From assembly GCA_964252035.1 (NCBI GenBank), contig OZ176204.1: DNA of 64,000 bases; one strand, given 5' to 3'. A program made the position numbers and the translations under genes. The first letter of the stretch is position 1, and every line of letters starts with the position of its first letter. This stretch comes from Podarcis erhardii. Its lineage: Eukaryota. Of this stretch, positions 24,431 through 34,474 are shown piece after piece. A model generated the notes under the pieces. It was given only the letters and a program-made list of their open reading frames with translations. It made no database searches and was not told the DNA's origin.

Positions 24431-26716
24431 CGCCTAGCAGCACTGTATGTGAACAGGATTACAAGGGTGTGAGGAGAGATCTCTAAAGCTGTGGGGTCTT
24501 CTGAAATGACAAAGGGGGGAAGCTTCGTGTGTGAGTTTGTGTGTTCATTTCTATCAATGCTTGCCTTCCAGTGGAAGGGTGGAAATGTTCCAGGCCTTGG
24601 ATGAAGGGCCTGAGGCGAGGAGATGGGACAACGCTTTCTTTTCCCTAGGCTCCTTGCCCATCTCGCTCGCTCCTCTTTTCCGTAACGTGTCCGTATGGAC
24701 ACATATTTCCCATCTCACAAATGCCCCTCCAAGCTCTCTCACCTGACAACCCCTTTACATAACCTAGATTAGGATCTGAAACCCCAGAACCTACGGATTC
24801 GTGGCCTTGTGGTGCATAGCTTCTTACTAGTCTCGGGCACTTCCACATAAACAACTCCACATGCTGCAAGGCGCCTTCTTCTTGCGCGCGCACACAGAGT
24901 CGCACAAGAGCTCACATTTGACCTTGCCAATAGGCTTTGGAGGAAAGTGGGATTGCAGAGTAGGCTTTGGAGGAAACGATGAGCAAATGTCAGCAGCCTG
25001 CTCATTAAAACCATCGTTTAGATATACCACGGTTGAACCAGTGTTGCACAGGTTTAGAAATCTCTCTCTCTCTCTATCGTCTATCTATATCTATATCTAT
25101 CTATCTCTATCATCTCTTTCACCTCTCTCAAATTCATATGGAAATAACTAAATTAATACATAAGTTAACCTAAAGGCAGTTCTGGTAGTTTCTGGAGAAT
25201 AATCTACGATAGAGCATCTTTCCACTACATATCCTTGGTATAGATTAATAGAAGGATCTCAGTAGCATTCTGCTCGGAAAGCCAACGCCTTACTGAGTAG
25301 GCCAAGATTTCATTTGGCTATCAAGGAAAATCTGCAGAAACTAACAGACAGGGACATATTTAGCAGCGGAGAGAAAGAAAACCAACGACGCAGTCCATAG
25401 TGCATTGTCCATGGGAGAACTCATTGATCTGGCTAGATGATATGCATTGGAAACATATTAAACACCATATGCGGGATGAGATATTGGAAAAGTGAGGAGG
25501 GGTGAGAGACGGAAGGAAGCCAGATTCCCCAGGAAATCTACTGGAGATAGTCTGTACACCAAATGCTGCATGGGCGATTTTTCACCGATAAAGGAAAACA
25601 CGTTGAAGCCACGTGCTTTGATGTCTCTACGGGGCACGGATGCCTTATTCTGAAAAACCAACAGACAGAGACGCTTGCGTACGAAAGTCGGGCAAAAATG
25701 ATATAACGCATATTTGACAGGGATGGGAAATGAAGGTCAGGATACTATGTGTTTCTTAGAGGCAAATGTTGCCAAAATAGCAGGGTAAGTGCATATGTGT
25801 GTTAGTGTGTGTTTGTTTGTGTAGCATTTTAAAAACATGAGTTCCTTAAAGAGGCCATGTTGTATATTCAGACTTCAGCACAAAACATTTTTTTTAATTA
25901 AAAAAAGCTGTGTCTACTGAATATGCTAAGGCTAAAGCGTTCTTTAAGAAATGTTGGTGGGGAGCTAAGCAACTGCTACTCCCCCCCTACAAAAGCATTC
26001 TCTGTCGGTGTAATGATTCAGGGAAATCCGCCGTGCTGGACGGCTAGTTATTGCAAGGAGTAAAATATGGTTCCACATTTTAAAGAATATCGGTGGCAAA
26101 TACCAATATTGGTCTCAGGCCTGCGAGAAAACGACGTTTTTAGCAGGCTAGGCATGACAAGTGAGGCTCCGTGTGTACCTGCATCGGAAGGTATTTACTC
26201 ATTTTGCTTTGTTTTGGCGGGGAGAGAAAAGAAAAGGAAGGTCATCTGTATATTTTGACGGCTCTTTAAGTATTTTAATTATAGTTCCTTGTAAAGAAAC
26301 AGTTTGACCTTCCGCTACTCAGCTGAAATAACAAATCACGAGGATTGGTGTAGCACAGGCAAGCAGTATGTTAGGAGGCCCTGGGGAGAGGCCCCGTCAT
26401 AAACCCAGCGATCGGGCGGAGAGAGTTATATCGTGGTATAAGACCGGTCTTGTTTCTCGCGAGCAGCAACAAAAAATAAATAAATAAAAATGGCCAGCTT
26501 CTTTTACGCCCCCACCTTCCACACCTCGGCACCTTGACAGAGGTAAATAAAAGCCCCGGCCACAAGAAATGATTGCAGAAGGGGGCTCTTCCTTGTCGGC
26601 TGCAGCGCATTATCTGTGAATGGTTTCAGGCCTAGGGTTAATGTTAGAGTTCCGCGTTAAAAGGATAGGATTCCCTGCGCGTAAATATGTATCGGTCAAA
26701 AGGAAAGTGTGTGTTT

Positions 26717-26828
26717 GGGGGTGGAGAGATGCGGGGGGTGGAGAGATGCGGGGGGTGGGGAGGAAGAGAGGAAGCGAGGACTGAGGATGGATGGGGGCAA
26801 GGGCGCGCGCGCGCGCGCACACACACAC
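26717..26828 (+). repeat. 17-bp G-rich tandem duplication followed by (GC)8(AC)5
   Basis: GGGGG-TGGAGAGATGC-GGGGGG-TGGAGAGATGC-GGGGGG-T-GGGG at 26717-26760; (GC)8 at 26803-26818 and (AC)5 at 26819-26828. Confidence 0.9.
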
Positions 26829-28971
26829 TGCAGCGAGTCGACACCGCCATTTTCTACCCACACTTGTAGCTCTCACAGGACTCGCTGTGGAGAGCAGTAC
26901 GTACAGCTTGGAGATTTTAGCATAATCCTCCCAACTCTGGGACTGGATTAAAGTATTTGCAAAATTCTCGAGGGGGAGGGGAGGCGGGATATTGAGCTTG
27001 CCAGCGCCAGCACTATAAATTACAAGTTAAAACATACCTCTCTTACTGCGGCCTAAACACCACCTTGGTCACAATTGTCCCTTGGCCAGTTCTGATGGTA
27101 AGGAAGTGATTTTTGCTTTCCTTCTTTTGATACCTGTGCTACGTTATTGTGAATTAAGTTCGTCCTCCCTCCCTCCCTCCCTCTCTCTCATCTCCAGAAA
27201 CCCATTCCTGTCTGCCCAGGCTCAGGGAAACGCAACGTCATTAATATTTGAGAAGGCAATTATTTTCTCGTTTAAATCTAGAACTGTCTTCATGAATAAT
27301 TTGCAGGAAGTTCTATTGCCATTTCAGAAACATTTGGGTTTGAGAATTTAGGGCGGGGTGGGTCAATGGAAAACGCTGCATTGTAATAAGGCCTAAAGAT
27401 TCCACCTCCACCTCTCCCTCTCTCCACCCCAAGCCTAGCCCACCACCACTGCAAAAATAAATTAATTAAGCAGGGAAGTTCAAGCGAAACGACTACATAA
27501 TGTAGTACATTTTGAATGCTGAACTCCAAGCCCGCACCCTTCCCAGGCACTCAACTGGTTGCACTGATGTAGGTCAAATTTACCAAGAATCCGACCATTT
27601 TCTGCTTCATAGACTTCAAAGGAGAAGGCGGCTAAAGGGCAGTAAAAGTTTGTTTACTTAAGAAAAACACTGTAATTAAGGGATGAACTGTGCTCTTCAG
27701 TGCTTTCCTACCTAACACGAAGATGCCTTGGTGTCATTCGCATTATTAATATTTTAAATAAAATAAGTAACAAAATATTCTCCATCAAATGCACAGCTTT
27801 ATTTTAAACGTAGTTTTTGGAGGGGGGGGAGGGGACTAACCTAACCGTACTACAGTTAAGGCTACGACATTTTAGAACTGCAGAAAGAGAGAGAGAGAGA
27901 GAGTCGTTGGGTTGTAAGGATATCTTACAATAGGATTATGTCGTTTTCCTGGGAGTTTATAAGGCTGTGGAGTGTGTGTGCAAAAAAACTGCACAGTGGA
28001 ACGGATTTAATTTTCCAAAAGGGCTTATTTATTATCTTCTGGTGTGTGTGTGTGTGTGTGTGAGTGAGAGAGAGAGAGAGAGAGTCAGATAGGAAGGAGT
28101 GGAGTGGAGAAGGCAATAAAAAGCTAAGAAGACCGGCTGCTAAACTAACTCTCTACAACTTCACAGGCTGAATTTGGAAGTCTGAAAACTTTATACCGCT
28201 ATTTTCATTCATTCACCACAGATGCTTCTGTGAATTCCGAGGTCAAAGAGGGTGTTGGCAAGGTCTTCCCCTTCAAATAACTTTCCTTTCTGTGTTAACT
28301 AGAAATTGTTCCTATTTCTGACAAAATATTCCTTCATAATTCTGGCCAATGACCGTTCAAAGGGAACAGGCTAGGTAGACAAAATTAACTCCAAACACAC
28401 ACCACTACTCCCCTCTTTCCTTCCCAGGTTCCAAAAGAGCACCTTCCCATATTTCAATCTCCGTAGCAGTTTAAGAAGGAAAAGGCTCTTACGAAGACTT
28501 GGGATGAAACATCGCAGGGTTCCTCGTACAAAACAAAAAGAGGGGACCTTGCAGCTGTGCTTTTCTCACAAGGAAGGCGGCAGAAGCAGCATCCCAGCAG
28601 CATCACTCAAAACTGCCTAGACAAGTTGCAACTTCCATTGTTCGCTCCTAATTTGCGAGCTTGCATCAAGATTGGATGCTTTTCCGTCTCTATAGGGCTT
28701 TTTAACTCTCCCCTCTCCAGGAAATCCCGATCTAAATCATGGAAGACCCTTCTTGCATACGCACATACACATACACGTCAGCATTATGCATCCACACACG
28801 CCTCAATTCTTCAAACGAAAGACAACAATCAAAACAAACTATTGATCCGGTCTTCATTGGCTAGTATTAATTCTATGTAAAATTATAGCGGGCGGGGGTG
28901 GGGTGGGGAGATCGCACATGCAGCAGATAGTGGAACAAAACACGAATGAAGAAAGACCTTTCCATACTGAC

Positions 28972-30160
28972 CTGTGTGCGTCCTTTTGTGGATTTTGAGA
29001 TTTTCCGAGCGAGCGAAGACTTTCCCGCATCCCGGGAAAGGACAAGGGAAAGGTTTCTCCCCCGTGTGGACTCGGATGTGGTTGACCAGTTTGTATTTGG
29101 CCTTGAAAGGCTTCCCTTCCCTGGGACACTCTTCCCAGAAGCAAATGTGGTTGGACTGCTCCGGCCCTCCAACGTGCTCCACGGTGACGTGAGTCACCAG
29201 CTCGTGCATGGTGCTGAAAGTTTTCGAGCATAATTTTTTGGGAGTCTGGTCCAGTTCGATCCACTTGCAGATGAGCTCCTGCTTGATGGGCTGCCTCATG
29301 TAGCGGAAGAAAGCCCCAGGGCCGTGGTGTGGAGCTAAATTCACGTTCAGGTTCATGCCACCGTAGCCGTGGAAGGAGGAAGCAGCAAAAGGATCTGTCC
29401 TGGAGACTGGTACTGGCGTGAAAGGTTCAGACCTGGCATACATTTCTCCAGGTAGCCCCAGCCTTATCTGTCCGTTTAGATGGCCACCTGGAGCTGCATG
29501 GGGAGGTTGCTCATGGTGGAGTCCAGTAAAAAGCGAGGGAGTTCCGGCTTCTGAGTGGTGGTGGTGGAGGTGGTGGTGGTGGTGAGCATGGTGTCCGGGG
29601 TAGCTACCTGTTGTTGAGACAAACATTCCATGGTGAGAACCTGTAGCAGCAGAGTGTTGATAAGGGAGCCCTGGCATGACTGGGGCTGTCAGATCTCTGC
29701 GCAGGAAGAATTCCCTACCTGATGAAAGAGCATGACTTGGGTGAGGGACTGCGTAAGGGACTGTTGTTGACTGCGCTGGGCCAAATGCTCCTGCTGGACT
29801 GGGTACCACCTCGGCTTGGCCTGTCACAGGATGGTGGGGATGAGGCTGAGGGGCAGGGCTGAGCTTAAGGGCCGCTGAGTGATGAGGAGGATGAGAGTGG
29901 TGGCGGTGGTGATGATGATGATGATGGAGAGGATGGTGGTGCTGCCCCATGTGTTCTGACCGGAATGGACTCAGCCCGAGGCGGCTTTCTGCAGCGTACT
30001 CCCCAGGGTGCGTGGGAACCATGGAGTGGGGATGCCCGGCGAAGCCTGTCATGCTCTGAGGGGAGTGGTGATGGTGGCGGTGATGACGATGACGAGGAGC
30101 CCCTGCCAAGCCTAGTATTTTCAGCGCCGTGTTCCGTTTGGAGAGTGAAGCAGAGTCCAT
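28972..30160 (-). CDS. ZIC4: Zinc finger protein ZIC 4, coding exon 1 (His-rich N-terminus, divergent ZOC-like motif, ZF-NC, ZF1-ZF3)
   Basis: ATG at 30160. [14 protein letters not shown] (ZIC4/5-type SKRN motif)...[19 protein letters not shown]...KIHKRTHTG, then donor ACAG|GTCAGT at 28972|28971. Head-to-head with ZIC1, which fixes the identity as ZIC4. Confidence 0.95.
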
Positions 30161-30568
30161 TACTGGGCTCCCCCAAAGCCTCCAAGCTCTCCTGGTTCTA
30201 CTACAATTCTAAAAAGTCACCTGACGCCGAGGAGGGGGGAGCGAGGGAGAAAGAGGAAGAGGGAAAGAGCGGTGGAAAAACTTTTTTGAAAGTCCCCCCG
30301 CCCCACCCGCAAAGAAAAAAAGGTTTTCCCCTCCCTCTCTCTTGGTCTGGACTATTTGGCTTTGTTTTGTTTTTGCTCCCCGCTTCCCCCCCTTCCCCTT
30401 TCTTTTCTCCCCCTCCTCTTCCATTATTTTTTTGTGTGTGTGTTTTTCCTCCTTCCTTTTTTTTTTAATGCCTACGTGGAATCCCATACGCTTTGAGAAG
30501 CAGCAGCAGGACGCTGGGAGGCTACTGAATAGCGCTTCACAGACTAGGCTCCAACCCAGAGAGCTAAA

Positions 30569-30593
30569 CAATCAGGGCGGTCGCTGATTGGCC
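30569..30593 (-). promoter_or_regulatory. ZIC4 proximal promoter module: GC box plus CCAAT box
   Basis: CAATCAG-GGCGGTCG-CTGATTGGCC, about 410 bp upstream of the ATG within a CpG-rich region. Confidence 0.55.
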
Positions 30594-31312
30594 GAAGCTG
30601 CCTGACCGAAGTCAGCGCTGACAGGTCCCCGCTGAAGTCTGAAAAGATTTAGGAAGGGGTAAAGGGGCGAGGAGGGAGGAAGAGGACTCGGGAAGCAGTG
30701 CGCCTGCGCTGCGTTTGTGGCTAATCCCCCCCTCCAAAAGCTCCTTCCCTTTCTCCTCCTCCTCTTCCCCCTTTGCCCCCCTCCCTCTCTAGCCCTAACC
30801 AGTGCGCCGAGCTTGTCCGGTGTTTGCATTTACTCCCCGCATTTTGTTTTTATCTGCGTTTAACTGATTAAGGGCCGCTGGAACCGTCTTCCCCAGACGA
30901 AACGAGGGGTCCTCCGAGTCGTTTACGCGCTAATGAGCAGTGGTTGCCAAAGGAGGAACAAGGCCTTGAGCAAGCGGCGGCAGCAGCTCCTGGGAGCGCC
31001 TGGGAGGCGAGGCTGGCCGGCGGGTGGCTGTTGCTTTCTCCCCACCCCTTCCAAAGACGCTTTGGTTGTCCCCGATCATCTGCTTAGAAGAGCCAGGCGC
31101 TTGGAGGTATCCTGGGTGATCTCCTGACTCCTGCATGGCTTGGATCGTGGCTCAAGCCCCTTCTGCTTTCTGTTCTCCTGCTAACCATTTACTTTTACAC
31201 ACACACACACACACACACGTTCTTCTTCCACACCCAGCCCTGTCTCTCTTTCTCACTTAGCCTCGTAATGAGCAGACGATTTAATGGAGAGCTCAGATCG
31301 GTGTCTGCTTCG

Positions 31313-31333
31313 GGGCGGACTGCCTGATTGGCC
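31313..31333 (-). promoter_or_regulatory. second GC box plus CCAAT module
   Basis: GGGCGG-ACTGC-CTGATTGGCC, same layout as 30575-30593. Confidence 0.45.
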
Positions 31334-33009
31334 ACCGAGCAGCTCATTGTGGACTAACCAAAGTGCAATTCTCAACACCCTTCCAGTTTCCTTCCTGCAA
31401 GAGCAACAACAAAGATGGAGAAGGGGCGGGAGGGGAGGAAGGTAGCACACATCACACAGGGACTTTCACAAAACTTCCGCTCTCGAGGGACAGGGGAGGG
31501 GGGGGGGCAAATACGGCTAGGCCAAGCCACCGCAGAAATCAGCAGGGAAGGAGGTAGGGAGGAGAGAGACTGCCCGGAGAAGGTCTGCCGAGACGTAGCA
31601 AGCTCTCCTCCGTCCCCTTTCCCTGCCCTCACAATCGCCCAGATTATGAATGAATCCGAAAGACAGGAGACGCGCGGGGCTTTCTGAGACCGCCTCATAA
31701 ATTCCTTTGCCTACGACCCACCATTGTAGGAAGTAGAGAAGCGCGCAGGTTTGTTACCAAGCCTGTTTTGGGCCAGGAGCAAAAGTCTAGATTTTTTTTA
31801 AAAAAAAGCAACACAGCGATGGTGGTGGACCCCAAACCCCGGACCAGGCAAGATGCTTTCGAGGGATCCAATCCTACACACACACAACCTCCACCCTCGC
31901 TTCCTAACCTCCAGCCCAACCGCGCCATCAATTTGACTGCTGATTATTTATAGCACAGACAAATCTCCGGGACTCCCGTCCCCAACAGAAATGGGCACAA
32001 TGTAGAAGAGACAGGCTTTGTATACAGAAGTCGTCCTGGGAAGCGGAGCTGGGCAGCTAGGTATTTAGATTTCTGACACTTGTTGGCGGCCCAGAGAACC
32101 AGGCCTTTAAAACAACAACAACAAAGGCTAAAGTTCTGCCACATCTTTCATTTCCTACGATTACACGATATTTATGTAACCCCCCCTTTAAAAGTAATAC
32201 AAAAAAGTAATACCTAATACCTGCAATTAACTGGCGCATATAACCCAATCCAAATGTTGCAAATCATTTCATCGTGTTGAATCCCTTTGCCTCTCCCTGT
32301 CAAACGCAATCGCCCACATTCATTTATAAGGAGCAATTAAAAGATCAAGTCAATTTAAAAAGCAACCTGTAGATTAATAGATAAATCTATCGGACGTTAT
32401 GATGCTCACATTTGCTCATTGTCAAAAGGAAAATAAACCGATTGCAAGTGTATATCCGTGATGAAAATAAAAGTATAGGGTTTATTATTTTTACCCCCAC
32501 CAAAAAAAAAAAAAAAAAAAAAAGGCATTGAGAGCCCTTCCAATGAATGCTGGAACCCGATATTACTGAATTCAGGTAATTCTGTTCTCCTCCATTTAGT
32601 GGGATAATATCAAAATTCGGCCTTGAACTCTGGACATAAACTCCTAAACGTAAAAGTTACTTTAAGTATACCCACTTTCTGCAGAAGGGCAGCTTTCAAT
32701 TTTACTTAAAATCCAGTAAGAAACACGGCAATTTTGAGAATGTTTCCCCCCCATTGAACAAGCAGCATTTTTTTACTTTTAAATGACATCCGGCGAAAAG
32801 AGCCCTTTATTTTTATTTCATTTTAAAAAACTGAACCATTTGGGCAAAAGTAAAATGCAAAATCGACACATACTTTTAAAAATAATACTGTATTCTTTTC
32901 CGCTTTGTGTCCCGTGTTAATAGCTGCACAAGTGATGTCCTGAAACTGAAAGCCGCTCTTAAGTTACTTGTGGTAATGCCCTGAGTATTAGTGAGGTCAG
33001 TGTTATTAA

Positions 33010-33095
33010 AGATGCAATCACAACACTCACTTGAGAGTAATCCCAAATGAATTCAGTGGAAGTTCCGAGGAAACATGCATAGGGTGGGCTTTAAC
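33010..33095. mobile_element. palindromic MITE-like repeat
   Basis: GCAATCAC...CACTTGAGAGTAATCCCAAATGAATTCAGTGGAAGTTCCGAGGAAACATGCATAGGGTGGGC-TTTA. Confidence 0.55.
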
Positions 33096-34424
33096 TCATT
33101 TCAGATGCAAGACTATGTGATGAATTAAAAGTGGCCCCCCCCAAAGGAAGTCACATATTAAAGGAGAATAACATCATTTCTCGGGATACAGAACTTCAGT
33201 TTCAAGAGTAAATATTTCTTTCTCTCATCATCCCAAAATTTACATCCTGTCATACAGTAAATAAACTATCTGATGCCTCACTGAACACTTACAGCTTTTC
33301 CACCACTATCCCCTTCCCCCCAAAAAATATTTGAACTTTTTGTTTTTATTTTTTAAAAGCAACGTTTAGCTATACTGTGAAAACAGTTGCCAGTCACTGC
33401 ATTTTAGAAAAATCACCCCGGAGACGGACCTTAGCAAACATCAAAACAATTTCTTGGGATATTCTAAAGTTGCTAGCTAAATGTTGTTTTTGTATGCTTG
33501 GGAACAACAATTCCCGATTCAAGCAATTGCCAGTCAAATTTACGTAAAGCAGAAAATAGGAGCCTGCCTCCTATAAAATATTTTTGAATTGCTAAATCGT
33601 GGAATATTGCGTTCAAGATGTACGACATGCATAAATAATTATCTAAGAAGCATCTCATTACACTTTATACCATAGCGGGAGTTATATTCTTGTTTTTGAC
33701 CATTTTTGCACAGATCACAATACTGAGGATAAAATAAAAGGCAGCTAAATCGGTATTTATTATTGTATGAATGTAACGCGGGCGCACACATTGATGCCCC
33801 GAGGACCTGAAAAGTTACACACGCTGTAATTAACTAGCTCTCCTTACGTAACATGTTTATGTAGACAACTTAACCCCCCCAGTAGTTCAAGACGACCTTC
33901 CCTTGTCAGTTTCTTTGCCCTAAGCCAAAAATATTTCGTATTTTCCCTTCCTCCTCCCTGACCATCTCCGAAGGAGATCACAGAAAGAAAGAAACGTTAT
34001 CGGAAGCAGGACTCTGGAAGGCTGTTACTTACAAAGGTACTGAGAGCGTGACTTCCAAATAAAGCTGTTTTCCTCATCCCTCCTTACAACCACTTCACCT
34101 CTACACTCTTGACATCCTTCAGTCCTGACAGTCCTCAGTCAAGGGAGAAAACATCTGGAACAGTTTATCAATATATATATGTTACTATCGGTTGGCTTAG
34201 GCCATTCTAAAATATTGGCATGGCTTCTTGTCAAACGCTAATGGCTTTATCCGCTCTTACTTAAAACCCTGAGGTTCCTCACAGGGGTTTCCCCCCCTTG
34301 TTCCCCCCTCTGCTTGCATGAGTCCAATGGAAAAGAAATGGCCCATGGTGTCTCTCTCATTATATTAGGTGAAGTTAGTGCTCTCACTCCTAGCATTTGT
34401 TGTGTACCTTGGGAGACATATCTC

Positions 34425-34474
34425 TGTGCGTGTGTGTGTGTGTGTGTGTGCGCGCGCGCGCGCGCGCGCGCATA
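34425..34474. repeat. alternating pyrimidine-purine tract TGTGCG(TG)10(CG)10CATA
   Basis: 50 nt uninterrupted alternation; a second tract lies at 34656-34686. Confidence 0.95.

Noticed and set aside
28883-28971. ORF-track extension of ZIC4 exon 1 ([10 protein letters not shown]...)
   Set aside because: Read-through past the conserved phase-1 GT donor into intron 1. The same applies to ZIC1 45888-46012 and 47172-47318.
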